From: Nitrospinaceae bacterium
GTDB taxonomy: Bacteria > Nitrospinota > Nitrospinia > Nitrospinales > VA-1
Reading direction: 5' to 3'
Length of the DNA: 58,038 nucleotides
NCBI GenBank assembly: GCA_029261695.1
Contig: JAJDAV010000066.1
Location: 1-58,038 of the forward strand
This document shows, in pieces, positions 26,775 through 37,133 of this stretch (position 1 is the first letter of the stretch; every line of letters begins with the position of its first letter). Made by a program: the position numbers and the translations under genes. A model generated the notes under the pieces. It had not been told where the DNA came from. It ran no database searches and saw nothing but the letters and a program-made list of their open reading frames with translations.

Positions 26775-27278
26775 ATGAATTCCAACGACTCCTCCCCAGA
26801 AGAAAAGTCCAACCTGGATGCATTTTTTGAAATGTTTGACTGGGTCGATGAAGATATCTCCGAACTAAATACTGAGGAGGAAAGCGAAGTCGGCGGCTAC
26901 GAATGTCTTTTCATCGCCTTCAATAATTTACGCAGTTATTGCAAGCAGATTGATTTAGACTTTAACGAAATCAATGACCAGTACCTAGCGTCTATCAACC
27001 CAGAGCAATCGGATGAAAAATTCTGGGACCACGACCTAGACGCGACCTATTCAGAACTCGATGAACTGGCTGGGTTTGGAAAACTACTGGAAACCATCGA
27101 AAAAGGTTTTTCGGAGTACGAAAAGTTTTGTGAAAAAAGCGATGAAGTTTTTGATGAATGGCATTGCGTCCTCATAATGCACTCATTCCTGCGGAAATAT
27201 TGCGACAAACTGGAAATAGATTACATTCTCCTTCAGGAAGAAATTTCTGCCCTCCAGTCTGAAATGGGAGAAGAATAG
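26775..27278 (+). CDS. Hypothetical highly acidic protein with an internal duplication (167 aa from the first ATG)
   Basis: Two similar segments: ECLFIAFNNLRSYCKQIDLDFNEI and HCVLIMHSFLRKYCDKLEIDYILL. D/E-rich. The track start at 26760 is a TTG overlapping the upstream gene. Confidence 0.55.
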   Translation: MNSNDSSPEEKSNLDAFFEMFDWVDEDISELNTEEESEVGGYECLFIAFNNLRSYCKQIDLDFNEINDQYLASINPEQSDEKFWDHDLDATYSELDELAGFGKLLETIEKGFSEYEKFCEKSDEVFDEWHCVLIMHSFLRKYCDKLEIDYILLQEEISALQSEMGEE

Positions 27279-27409
27279 CCCTCTCCAACAAAATTTAAGC
27301 TGAAAAACGGCAAATCCTCTCCTTATTCAATCTATATCCATTGATGGGCTTTTCTTTCTAGTTAATTCCATATAAAGTGGTATATTTCTGCGAGCAATTT
27401 TGAAAATAA

Positions 27410-27494
27410 GCCGGTGTGGTGAAATTGGTATACACGCTAGTTTTAGGAACTAGTGCTTCACGGCGTGGGGGTTCGAGTCCCTCCACCGGCACCA
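27410..27494 (+). tRNA. tRNA-Leu (anticodon UAG), class II with a long variable arm, CCA encoded
   Basis: Acceptor GCCGGTG/CACCGGC. Anticodon stem CTAGT/ACTAG with loop TTTAGGA (anticodon TAG). Variable arm of about 13 nt. T-arm GGGGG-TTCGAGT-CCCTC. 3' ACCA. Confidence 0.93.
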
Positions 27495-27551
27495 CCCTTC
27501 CAGTTGGAGGGGGGTTGCATCATGGTTAATCATTAAATTTTTGGAAAGATT

Positions 27552-28910
27552 ATGGATATAGAAATTGAAGATGTAGATTCTTGTAATAAAAAAATTAAAT
27601 TTGTAATTCCTCATGCGAACTACAAAAAGGAAGTAGATAAATATTACCAGAAGCTGGGAAGAGAAGTTAAAGTCCCAGGTTTCCGTAAAGGAAAGGTTCC
27701 TGCCTCAATTCTGGAAAAGCAATTCGGACAGGATGTAAAAAAAGAGGTATTGAGCAATCTCATCAGCAATGAGCTTAACAATGCCATCGCTGAAAAAGAG
27801 CTACGTGCCATCGGGCAACCCCATCTTTTGGAAGTCAACGCTGAAGAAGGTACCGATATATCCGTATCTGCCTCCGTAGAAGTACTTCCAACTGTGGATA
27901 TCCAGGAATATTCTGGCATCGAGATGGAAATGAAGATCCCTCGAATTACAGATGAAGAAATAGATCAAACAATTGAAGCTTTCCGCCAAAGAAAAGCAAA
28001 AACCGTTGAGGTCACTGATCGCCCGGTACAAGAAAAAGACCTGATAAAAATCGATTTCACAAGCATGTTGGGCGACAAACCCTTTGAAGGCGGCGCGGCT
28101 CAGGATCAGGTCATTCAGGTTGGAGGAGGACAGTTGATTGAAGGGCTTGATAAGGGCATGATCGGCATGGAAATTGGGGATAATCGAGACATAAAAGTCC
28201 AAGTACCAGAAGATTATCAGAATAAAGAAATCGCCGGAAAAGATGTTGATTTCAATATTATTTTGAAAGGCATACAAGTACAGGAATTGCCTGAACTTAA
28301 TGACGAGTTTGCCAAGGATTTGGACCCAGAAAAAAAATATGAAAACCTCGAAGACATGAAAACTAAAGTCCGCGTTGAACTGGAAGACTACGAACGGAAT
28401 GAAGCTCTCAAGTCTATCAAAAAGAAGTTTGCCGAAAAACTCACAGAGCAAAACCCAGTTGAGTTACCTGAGGGGCTTATCAAAGAACAAGTCAAGTTCA
28501 TGTCAGATCAGGCCAATAAGAAACAGGGGAAAGAAGCCCAGCATGACCACGGTCACGATCATGATCATGATCACGCGCATGAGGATACCGTCACCCCCGA
28601 ACTTATCGCTCAATATAAGGAACCCGCAGTGAAAGCCTTGAGCGAAGAGTTGATTCTAGATCAATTATCTCGTGACCTCGATTTAGAAGTCACCCCAGAG
28701 GAGTTGGATCTGGAGCTCCAAAATATGGCCAAGCTGTTAGGGGGAGGGAGTAGCCTGACCCAGATGAAAAGAGAATGGGAAAAAAACGGTGTGCTGGCAC
28801 GTTTGCATAGTCGCATGAAGCGAGACAAAACCTTAAACTCCGCCCTTGAAAAGGTGACCTTAAAAGAAGTAATGGTTGACAGAAAAGATTTAATTGAAGA
28901 TAATAAATAG
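27552..28910 (+). CDS. tig: Trigger factor
   Basis: Ribosome-binding signature GFRKGKVP near the N-terminus. Central FKBP-type segment and C-terminal helical arms. Conserved position upstream of clpP-clpX-lon. Confidence 0.93.
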   Translation: MDIEIEDVDSCNKKIKFVIPHANYKKEVDKYYQKLGREVKVPGFRKGKVPASILEKQFGQDVKKEVLSNLISNELNNAIAEKELRAIGQPHLLEVNAEEGTDISVSASVEVLPTVDIQEYSGIEMEMKIPRITDEEIDQTIEAFRQRKAKTVEVTDRPVQEKDLIKIDFTSMLGDKPFEGGAAQDQVIQVGGGQLIEGLDKGMIGMEIGDNRDIKVQVPEDYQNKEIAGKDVDFNIILKGIQVQELPELNDEFAKDLDPEKKYENLEDMKTKVRVELEDYERNEALKSIKKKFAEKLTEQNPVELPEGLIKEQVKFMSDQANKKQGKEAQHDHGHDHDHDHAHEDTVTPELIAQYKEPAVKALSEELILDQLSRDLDLEVTPEELDLELQNMAKLLGGGSSLTQMKREWEKNGVLARLHSRMKRDKTLNSALEKVTLKEVMVDRKDLIEDNK

Positions 28911-29029
28911 TCAATCTGTCTTTAGTTATCTAACTATTTCTAAATGACTTACAAGCCGACAATCCTTTCCGGTCCAAATTCGAGCCAGAAGGCGGTTCAT
29001 CTCACCTTAGTCCTAATCAAGAGAGAAAA

Positions 29030-29659
29030 ATGAATTCCATTCACAACCAATTAGTACCCATTGTTGTAGAACAAACCAGTCGCGGAGAGCGATCTTATGA
29101 TATTTATTCGCGGCTGTTAAAAGACCGTATTATTTTTATCGGTTCTGCCATTGAAGACCATATGGCGAATCTTATTATTGCTCAATTGCTTTTTCTTGAG
29201 TCAGACGAGCCAGATCAAGATATTTATCTTTATATAAATAGCCCAGGAGGACAAGTCAGCTCGGGGATGGCAATTTATGACACCATGCAATACATCAAAC
29301 CCGATGTTCAAACCATTTGCATTGGTCAGGCTGCCAGCATGGGAGCATTGCTTTTAACCGCTGGAGCTCCAAAAAAACGGTTTGCACTTCCACATGCACG
29401 AATTATGATCCACCAACCCAGTGGCGGGTTTCAGGGGCAGCATACCGACATAGAAATTCAAGCAAAAGAGATTTCTCGTATCCGCTCAATTCTAGATGGC
29501 ATCATGGCAAAGCATTCTGGAAAAGATGTAGCGCAGGTTAATAAAGATACGGAACGCGATCACTATATGACAGGCGAAGAAGCAAAAACATATGGTCTGA
29601 TTGATAGCGTTATCAGTAATCGCGAAGAAGTTAAAAAAGACGATAAAGGCAAAAAATAA
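29030..29659 (+). CDS. clpP: ATP-dependent Clp protease proteolytic subunit
   Basis: [25 protein letters not shown]. Catalytic Ser in GQAASMGA and His in MIHQPSGG. Confidence 0.96.
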   Translation: MNSIHNQLVPIVVEQTSRGERSYDIYSRLLKDRIIFIGSAIEDHMANLIIAQLLFLESDEPDQDIYLYINSPGGQVSSGMAIYDTMQYIKPDVQTICIGQAASMGALLLTAGAPKKRFALPHARIMIHQPSGGFQGQHTDIEIQAKEISRIRSILDGIMAKHSGKDVAQVNKDTERDHYMTGEEAKTYGLIDSVISNREEVKKDDKGKK

Positions 29660-29709
29660 AACGGATCTGCATCTAGTTGAAATCAGAGCCAACTTAATAT
29701 GAGGGCTTC

Positions 29710-30957
29710 ATGGCCAAAAAAAGCACCACCACCGGAAACTACCGCTGTTCTTTTTGCGGAAAGAGTCAGGAAGAAGTCAAAAAACTAATTGCTGGACCCA
29801 GCGTCTACATCTGTGACGAATGCATAGAGTTATGCAACGAAATCATGGTGGAAGAATGGGCTCAGGAAAAGGGAGAAGACTTCCAGCATTTACTCAAGCC
29901 GAAAGAAATTTACAATCATCTTGATCAATACATTATTAATCAGGAGCGCTGTAAAAAAATTCTTTCCGTGGCAGTTCACAACCATTTCAAACGGATCGAC
30001 TCCAACCAAGAAATGGATGATGTAGAGTTGCAAAAAAGTAATGTGCTCTTGATCGGCCCAACGGGTTCCGGGAAAACTCTCATGGCGCAAACACTGGCGC
30101 GGATACTCGATGTTCCATTCACCATTGTAGATGCTACTACACTGACGGAAGCAGGTTATGTCGGGGAAGACGTAGAAAATATCATCCTCAAGCTTTTACA
30201 GAGCGCCGATTACGATGTCGAAAAAGCAGAGCGAGGAATTATTTATATCGATGAAGTCGACAAGATATCACGGAAATCAGAGAACCCTTCTATTACTCGC
30301 GATGTTTCTGGGGAAGGTGTCCAGCAAGCCCTGTTAAAAATAATTGAAGGAACTACGGCGAGTGTTCCTCCGCAAGGTGGACGCAAACATCCGCATCAGG
30401 AATTTCTGCAAGTAGATACCACCAATATATTATTTATATGTGGTGGCGCATTTGTGGGGCTGAGCGAAGTTGTTCGCAATCGAGTCGGCAAAAAAACTCT
30501 TGGGTTTGGACAAAAAATCATTTCCAAAGTTGAGTTGGAAGAAGAAGACTTTCTTGAAAAAATTCAACCCGAAGACTTGCTTAAGTATGGATTGATCCCT
30601 GAATTTGTGGGACGGTTCTCAGCTGTGGCAACTCTTAAAGAGCTAAACATTGAAGCACTGATAAAAGTTATGACCGAGCCGAAAAATGCTCTGGTCAAGC
30701 AATACAAAAAACTGTTTGAGTTTGAAGATATCAAACTTAAGTTTACAGACGGTGCTATTAAAGCTATCGCTGAAAAAGCAGTTGAGCGCAAAACTGGCGC
30801 ACGAGGTTTGCGAGCGGTGATGGAAGAAACCATGCTCGACATTATGTTCGACCTCCCATCACAAAAAGAAGTTGAAGAAGTTGTCATTAACGATGAAGTC
30901 GTTGCCAAAGGTGAAAAACCCATGATGGTTTACGCGAAAAAGAAACAGGCCAGTTAA
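29710..30957 (+). CDS. clpX: ATP-dependent Clp protease ATP-binding subunit ClpX
   Basis: N-terminal zinc finger CSFCGK...CDECIELC. Walker A GPTGSGKT. Walker [14 protein letters not shown] pore loop. Confidence 0.97.
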   Translation: MAKKSTTTGNYRCSFCGKSQEEVKKLIAGPSVYICDECIELCNEIMVEEWAQEKGEDFQHLLKPKEIYNHLDQYIINQERCKKILSVAVHNHFKRIDSNQEMDDVELQKSNVLLIGPTGSGKTLMAQTLARILDVPFTIVDATTLTEAGYVGEDVENIILKLLQSADYDVEKAERGIIYIDEVDKISRKSENPSITRDVSGEGVQQALLKIIEGTTASVPPQGGRKHPHQEFLQVDTTNILFICGGAFVGLSEVVRNRVGKKTLGFGQKIISKVELEEEDFLEKIQPEDLLKYGLIPEFVGRFSAVATLKELNIEALIKVMTEPKNALVKQYKKLFEFEDIKLKFTDGAIKAIAEKAVERKTGARGLRAVMEETMLDIMFDLPSQKEVEEVVINDEVVAKGEKPMMVYAKKKQAS

Positions 30958-30961
30958 ACTT

Positions 30962-33367
30962 ATGGGTTCAGATAAAATCGTTCTACCGCTTCTCCCCTTG
31001 CGGGATATCATTGTATTCCCCTTTATGGTTTTGCCCCTGTTCGTGGGCAGAGACAAGTCCGTCCTTGCCTTGGAAAAATCCATGGCAGAACAGAAAAGTA
31101 TTTTCCTCTCAGCTCAGCGCAACCCCAACAACAACGACCCGCAGTCCGCAGATATTTTTGAAATAGGAACTATCGCCAATATTCTGCAAATTTTAAAACT
31201 GACTGATGGCACCATGAAAGTGTTGGTAGAGGGGCTTCAAAGAGGTCGCATCGAAAGCTTCAAAAACAATCCCGACTACTTTGAGGTGGAAATCAATCGA
31301 ATCCACGAAAACGATCAGCTCACTCCCGATGTTAAAGCTATGATGCGAAGTGTCGGCAATGTTTTTGAGCAGTACGTCAAACTCAATCAAAAAATTCCTC
31401 TGGAAGCAGTTGCCGCAAGCGCTAACATTCTTGAACCGCATCGCTACGCAGATACCATCGCCTCATATATGGTTTTTCAAACTCAGGAAAAGCAAGAACT
31501 CCTGGAGACATTGAACCCGGCAGACCGGCTAAATAAGCTATTGGGAATCCTGAAGTCAGAGATGGAAGTTCTTAAAATCGAAAAACGGGTTCATGGGCGC
31601 GTACGCAAACAAATGGAGCGTAGCCAGAAAGAGTTCTACCTGAATGAGCAAATGAAAGCGATTCAGAAAGAACTTGGCAAGCGTGATGAATTTAAAAGTG
31701 ACTTCGATGAGTTAAAGCAAAAAATTAAAAAAGCTAAAATGCCGAAAGAAGTTAATGAGAAAGCCAAAAAAGAATTGAAACGGCTAGAGCTCATGCAACC
31801 CATGTCGGCAGAAGCAACAGTAGCCCGAACCTATATAGAATGGCTTGCAGATCTACCGTGGGAAAAAGCTGCCGGCACCGAAAAAATAAAAATTCCTGAA
31901 GCCCAGAAAGTTCTCGACACCGATCATTATGGGTTGGAAAAAGTCAAAGAACGCATTACCGAACATCTTGCAGTTCTAAAACTGGTAAAAAAAATCAAAG
32001 GCCCCATCCTTTGCCTTGTAGGACCACCCGGTGTGGGAAAAACTTCACTCGGGAAATCCATTGGAAAAGCCATGGGCAGAAAGTTTGTCCGCATTTCCCT
32101 GGGCGGTGTTCGGGATGAGGCTGAAATACGCGGTCATCGGCGAACTTATATAGGCGCCTTGCCCGGAAAAATTATTCAGGGAATGAAAAAGGCAGAGGTG
32201 CACAATCCCGTCTTTATGCTCGATGAAATCGACAAAATAAATGCAGACTTCCGAGGAGACCCCGCTTCAGCATTACTTGAAGTGCTCGACCCGGAACAAA
32301 ATGCAAGTTTCAACGATCATTATTTGGAAATAGATTACGACCTTTCAAATGTCCTCTTTATTTGTACTGCAAATGTCCTGCATTCGATTCCGCGTCCCTT
32401 ATTAGACAGGATGGAAGTGCTGCATTTACCCGGCTACACTGATCAGGAAAAACTCGGTATCGCTCAAAGATTTCTAGTGCCCAAAAAAGTGGCTGAGCAT
32501 GGTTTGACTAAAAAAAATATTGAGATTTCAGATAAAGCACTCATTCGAGTTATTCAAGACTTCACCCGCGAAGCCGGGGTAAGAAATCTGGAACGTGAAA
32601 TTGCTACACTCTGCCGAAAGGTTGTAAAAGTTGTCGTAGAAAAAGGCAAAAAAACAAGTGTGAAAATTACTCCAGCCAGTCTGGAAAAATATCTTGGCAT
32701 TCCAAAATTTAAACGATCAGATCAAGAAGGCCCCCTTGATATTGGCTCTGCAATTGGCCTGGCGTGGACTGAATTGGGTGGAGAAATTTTATCGATTGAA
32801 GTTACCGTACTTCCAGGAACGGGAAAACTTGTGCCCACCGGGCAATTGGGCGATGTCATGAAAGAATCCGCGCAGGCCGCAATGACTTACGTTCGCTCCA
32901 GGGCTAATGAGCTTGGATTACCAAAAAGTTTTTATCAGAAAAATGATTTCCATATCCATCTTCCAGAAGGAGCAGTCCCAAAAGATGGTCCTTCGGCTGG
33001 CATCACAATGGCAGTGGCACTTGTTTCGGCCCTCACAAAAAATGCGTTACGACACGACCTTGCCATGACAGGAGAATTGACTTTAACAGGAAGAGTTTTA
33101 CCCATTGGTGGATTAAAAGAAAAAGTCCTCGCCGCACATCGGCATGGCATTCACAACCTGATCATACCCATCGAAAATGAAAAAGATATCCCAGATATCC
33201 CGGAGAATATTAGGAAGAATATTCAGTTTTTCCCTGTCACCACGATGGATGAGGTGATCCAGCACTCCTTCAATAAAAAAATCAAACTCAAAAAGAAATC
33301 TACCCCTAAAAAAACAAAAAGAACGTCCAAAACCTCATCAAAACAACCCGGCCTCCGTCTCAATTAA
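30962..33367 (+). CDS. lon: Lon protease (LonA)
   Basis: LON N-domain [23 protein letters not shown]. Walker [10 protein letters not shown]. Proteolytic PKDGPSAG Ser site. Lys-rich tail of about 32 aa. Confidence 0.97.
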   Translation: MGSDKIVLPLLPLRDIIVFPFMVLPLFVGRDKSVLALEKSMAEQKSIFLSAQRNPNNNDPQSADIFEIGTIANILQILKLTDGTMKVLVEGLQRGRIESFKNNPDYFEVEINRIHENDQLTPDVKAMMRSVGNVFEQYVKLNQKIPLEAVAASANILEPHRYADTIASYMVFQTQEKQELLETLNPADRLNKLLGILKSEMEVLKIEKRVHGRVRKQMERSQKEFYLNEQMKAIQKELGKRDEFKSDFDELKQKIKKAKMPKEVNEKAKKELKRLELMQPMSAEATVARTYIEWLADLPWEKAAGTEKIKIPEAQKVLDTDHYGLEKVKERITEHLAVLKLVKKIKGPILCLVGPPGVGKTSLGKSIGKAMGRKFVRISLGGVRDEAEIRGHRRTYIGALPGKIIQGMKKAEVHNPVFMLDEIDKINADFRGDPASALLEVLDPEQNASFNDHYLEIDYDLSNVLFICTANVLHSIPRPLLDRMEVLHLPGYTDQEKLGIAQRFLVPKKVAEHGLTKKNIEISDKALIRVIQDFTREAGVRNLEREIATLCRKVVKVVVEKGKKTSVKITPASLEKYLGIPKFKRSDQEGPLDIGSAIGLAWTELGGEILSIEVTVLPGTGKLVPTGQLGDVMKESAQAAMTYVRSRANELGLPKSFYQKNDFHIHLPEGAVPKDGPSAGITMAVALVSALTKNALRHDLAMTGELTLTGRVLPIGGLKEKVLAAHRHGIHNLIIPIENEKDIPDIPENIRKNIQFFPVTTMDEVIQHSFNKKIKLKKKSTPKKTKRTSKTSSKQPGLRLN

Positions 33368-33546
33368 CCCTGTAGCCAAAAAGGCTATTTACCTGAAAAG
33401 CAAACTAACTGCGGCTTCCGCTCCTCCCAAAAACTTGGCAGGATGGCCCATTTTTTTCCTTACTTTAGAAAAATTACCCGTTCAATCCCCAGCAAATATT
33501 CAAAAAAAGTGCACCAAGATTGAGTAAAACCAACACGACCCAAAAA

Positions 33547-33570
33547 CCTGAAATTCCCTAGAATTTCAGG
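33547..33570. promoter_or_regulatory. Perfect 10-bp inverted repeat with a 4-nt spacer (CCTGAAATTC-CCTA-GAATTTCAGG); candidate operator upstream of the secretin operon
   Basis: Read directly from the sequence. It lies 119 nt upstream of the preferred secretin start (33689). A third partial half-site ATTCAGG is at 33576-33582. Confidence 0.35.
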
Positions 33571-33688
33571 TAAAGATTCAGGGTAAAATCGCCACTCCGA
33601 AACCGCAAAAACACTCAGATTTTATTAGACTTATACGATTTCTCGTTGTATTATGATTCGATGTAATTTGTTTAAATTTATAATAATT

Positions 33689-35527
33689 ATGCCATTTCAA
33701 AAAACATTGATTTTTCGAGTCCTAGGAATTCTGGTTTCTGGCTTTATTTTGGTTTCTTGCACTGCGCTCGGGAACTCTAAAAAAGAACCGCCGACAGAGC
33801 TTACAGCCAAAATACCGGAGCGGAGGGAAATCAACATCCCTCTTTCAAAACCTAAACCCGAAAAGAATAGTCTTCCTGATTCGATCACCCAAATTCAACC
33901 CGCTCTCGATTTGAAAGAGCAGGAACAAAAAGGCTTTCGCTTTACCATGTCAGCACGAGGGGTAGACATACGAAATGTCCTGTTCGCACTCTCTCAGGAA
34001 ATTGAACAAAATATTATCATCGCCCCCAATGTAAATGCCGTTGCAACGGTCGATTTGAAAGGTGTTACCTTGGAGCAAGCTTTAGAAAATTTACTTACTC
34101 CTCTTCATCTCGAATACCAATTTGATGACGCCTTCATTCGAGTTCGCAAAGAAAAAATGCAGACGCGAACGTTTACCCTTAATTATGTAATCTCAAGAAG
34201 AGTAGGAAGTAGCAATCTGTCTTCCAGCAGTGGGGGCACAGGGTCTTCTAGTAGCAGTTCCAGTTCGTCAACAACAACAGCCTCAACGAGTGCCAGCCTG
34301 GGTTCCTCCGAAGGTGGATCAACCAGTTCCATTCAGTCCTCTGAAGAAACAGATATCTGGACAGAAATAGTATCCGGGTTAAATAATATTGTCACACCTT
34401 CTGCGTCAACAAACAGTACAGATACTTCCGAAGAATCAGATTCTACCAGCGCAGACTCAGCAGTATCATCCACAGAAGGCGACTCGTCTGACTTGGTTTC
34501 AAGTTTATTGGGTGGGGGTGGCGACACATCTGGGGCAAGCGATACTTCTTCCAGTAGCTCAACAAGTTCTGGGACCTCCGTCACATTGCAAGAAGATGAA
34601 GAAAGAGCTTATCTAAGTGTCAATCGACAAGCGGGACTCATCGTTGTAAAAGATTTTCCTGATGTATTATTGCAAGTTGCCGAATTCATTGAAGCGGTTG
34701 AAGGCTCTGTTCAGCGACAGGTTTTTATTCAGGCTAAAATTGTTGAGGTTACTCTTAACGATGATTACAAACTGGGAATTGATTGGTCGCAAGTAAGCCC
34801 TTTTACAATTGCTAAAACAGCCGGTTCTTTGCTTGATAGAACCACACTTACTGGCGCCGCAAATTTTGTTTATGGCCCTTCATCGACGGCTTTTAGCGTT
34901 GTGGTGGATGCACTATCACAACAGGGGCAGGTGAGCGTTCTTTCCAGCCCCAAAATTGCCACCCTGAATAATCAAAGGGCGGTCATCAAAGTGGGCACCG
35001 AAGATATCTTTTTTATTCCAGAAATCACCGCAGCCACCACGACATCGGCGGCTACTACAGAGTATATTCCTTCAACCATAACAATTGGTATCGTTCTCGA
35101 CGTGGTTCCTCAGATCAACCCAAATGGCGAGATCATGATGAGTATCAACACCAGCATCACTGAAAAGTCTGGAGAAAGAACCTCCCCCGATGGTATTAAC
35201 ATTGTCCCCATTCTTGATGTTCGCGAAGCCAACAATGTCGTTATTGCGCAGCACGGCCAAACAATTATCATCGGCGGATTGATGAAATCCAGAAAAGAAG
35301 TGGATGATAATTCCGTTCCACTTTTTGGTTCACTTCCACTCGTTGGTCGGCTATTCCATTGGGATCAAGAAAATACTTTAAAATCCGAGCTGGTTATAAT
35401 GCTTACTCCGGAAATCATGGCTGGCAGAGCTGTAGACGATCGATTTAAGAAGGAAAGAGATACATTGAGAAATACCGGTTATGATGTATATTCGGATAGT
35501 ATTGCCAACCCATCCTTTAGAAGGTAG
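33689..35527 (+). CDS. Secretin-family outer-membrane lipoprotein (MshL/PilQ/GspD-like)
   Basis: Lipoprotein signal MPFQKTLIFRVLGILVSGFILVSC (lipobox LVSC), so I prefer the start at 33689 over the track start at 33653. C-terminal secretin domain: LSSPKIATLNNQRAVIKVG, VLDVVPQINPNGEI, VPLFGSLPLVGRLF, SELVIMLTPEI. Confidence 0.88.
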   Translation: MPFQKTLIFRVLGILVSGFILVSCTALGNSKKEPPTELTAKIPERREINIPLSKPKPEKNSLPDSITQIQPALDLKEQEQKGFRFTMSARGVDIRNVLFALSQEIEQNIIIAPNVNAVATVDLKGVTLEQALENLLTPLHLEYQFDDAFIRVRKEKMQTRTFTLNYVISRRVGSSNLSSSSGGTGSSSSSSSSSTTTASTSASLGSSEGGSTSSIQSSEETDIWTEIVSGLNNIVTPSASTNSTDTSEESDSTSADSAVSSTEGDSSDLVSSLLGGGGDTSGASDTSSSSSTSSGTSVTLQEDEERAYLSVNRQAGLIVVKDFPDVLLQVAEFIEAVEGSVQRQVFIQAKIVEVTLNDDYKLGIDWSQVSPFTIAKTAGSLLDRTTLTGAANFVYGPSSTAFSVVVDALSQQGQVSVLSSPKIATLNNQRAVIKVGTEDIFFIPEITAATTTSAATTEYIPSTITIGIVLDVVPQINPNGEIMMSINTSITEKSGERTSPDGINIVPILDVREANNVVIAQHGQTIIIGGLMKSRKEVDDNSVPLFGSLPLVGRLFHWDQENTLKSELVIMLTPEIMAGRAVDDRFKKERDTLRNTGYDVYSDSIANPSFRR

Positions 35528-35536
35528 GCGTATTAC

Positions 35537-37120
35537 ATGTACGAGAATTATTACCAGTTCAAAGAAAAACCTTTCAGTCTGACACCTGATCCAAAGTTTC
35601 TTTACCTGAGCAAACAATATCAGGGGGCTTTAGACCATATGCTGTATGGAATAAAGCAAAGAGAAGGATTCATGGTTATCGCTGGAGATGTTGGAACAGG
35701 AAAGACAACCCTTTGTCGATGCCTGCTCGACCGACTTGACGATGATGTGGAAGTTGCACTGATCCTCAACCCCATGCTATCCGACATGGACCTACTGAGA
35801 AACGTTGTACATGATTTGCAAATCGATCCCGTTCAAGCGCAACAACCTGCAGGAGTAATACAAGACGGGTCTACCGGGGACAGTATTGAAATTGAATTAA
35901 CCCCTGAAATTATTCCCTCTGAAGATTTTCGTCGTCAAGATCATACATGGATCAATAATGCGTCTAAGAAAGAACTCATTGATGCTTTGAATGTTTTCCT
36001 TCTCAACCGACATGAGCAAGGCCGCACAACAGTTCTCATCGTCGATGAAGCACAGAACCTTTCTCTCGATGTAATGGAGCAAGTACGTATTCTCTCTAAT
36101 ATTGAAACTGAAAAAGACAAGCTACTGCAAATAATTTTTGTTGGGCAATTAGAATTAAACGAAAAACTTAAACTGCCCACTCTAAAACAATTGAATCAAC
36201 GAATATCTATTCGTTATGAAATTTCTCCTCTGGACTTGGATGGAACGAAAAATTATATCGACCATCGAATCCTTGTTGCAGGCGCATCTTCTCACGTCAA
36301 TTTTACACGCGCAGCATTGAAAGAAGTTTATAGCTACTCCAATGGCTACCCTCGATTAATCAATTTGGCTTGTGATCGGGCATTGCTTGCCGGATACAAT
36401 CAGCAAGTGGAAACCATTGATCGTCATCATGTCCGCGAAGCTATCCGCAGCCTTTTAGGAGAAGAAAACAAAGACTATTTTTTAAGCCGATTTATAAAAA
36501 CACGATTGCCTTTAGTTGCATCAATCTTATTTTTCGTTGCGGGGTTGTCATTTTTTATTCTTTCTAAAATGGAACCCGAAAAAATAAATATTGCCTCTAT
36601 CCCTGCAAATAATATAGTCACAGAAAAACCGCAACCCGCAATGGCTCCGCCCATAGCGCAAAAAGAACCCGTTTCTTTGCCTCCGGTCCCAGAACCAACT
36701 GCGACACCTGTTCAAAAATTTATTGAAGATCTGGATCAAACATCTGCCGCCTTGGAAGAAACACCAGTTCCTACGGTGGAAGCTTCTACTATTGAAACAC
36801 CTGAAGAAGCTCCCGCCATTCTTGAAGAAAGCACCCCAGAACCAGTCGAGCAACCCGCTGTTGTAAGTGCGGCTAATTCGGGCAATTATCGAATTCAGGT
36901 ATATTCTTTAAGGAATAGAGCAGAAGCCGAGCGCCATAAAGAAGAATTAATTCAGGGTGGGTTTGATGCCTTCCTGAAAAAAGCAGTCTCTTCCGGGCAA
37001 GATTGGTACATTGTCTATGTAGGTCCATTCAAGAATATCAATTCTGCCAAAGTTAACTTGAAGGCTTTAAAGTTTTCCGGCCGGGAGCCCATTCTGCTTT
37101 CCGTTACTACGACCAGTTGA
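35537..37120 (+). CDS. ExeA/MshM-like AAA+ ATPase with a TM segment, Pro/Glu-rich linker and C-terminal SPOR (peptidoglycan-binding) domain
   Basis: N-terminus YQFKEKPFSLTPDPKFLY. Walker A GDVGTGKTT. Walker B VLIVDEAQNL. TM helix LPLVASILFFVAGLSFFIL. C-terminal SPOR-like YRIQVYSLRNRAEAERHKEELIQGGFDAFL...WYIVYVGPF. Confidence 0.85.
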   Translation: MYENYYQFKEKPFSLTPDPKFLYLSKQYQGALDHMLYGIKQREGFMVIAGDVGTGKTTLCRCLLDRLDDDVEVALILNPMLSDMDLLRNVVHDLQIDPVQAQQPAGVIQDGSTGDSIEIELTPEIIPSEDFRRQDHTWINNASKKELIDALNVFLLNRHEQGRTTVLIVDEAQNLSLDVMEQVRILSNIETEKDKLLQIIFVGQLELNEKLKLPTLKQLNQRISIRYEISPLDLDGTKNYIDHRILVAGASSHVNFTRAALKEVYSYSNGYPRLINLACDRALLAGYNQQVETIDRHHVREAIRSLLGEENKDYFLSRFIKTRLPLVASILFFVAGLSFFILSKMEPEKINIASIPANNIVTEKPQPAMAPPIAQKEPVSLPPVPEPTATPVQKFIEDLDQTSAALEETPVPTVEASTIETPEEAPAILEESTPEPVEQPAVVSAANSGNYRIQVYSLRNRAEAERHKEELIQGGFDAFLKKAVSSGQDWYIVYVGPFKNINSAKVNLKALKFSGREPILLSVTTTS

Positions 37121-37133
37121 GAGAGGGCGGCAA

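Noticed and set aside
27495-27512. A GC-rich 7-bp hairpin (CCCTTCC-AGTT-GGAGGGG) immediately 3' of tRNA-Leu, considered as an intrinsic terminator.
   Set aside because: No U-tract follows (GGTTGCATC). It may be a processing or structural element, but the evidence is too weak to call a terminator.
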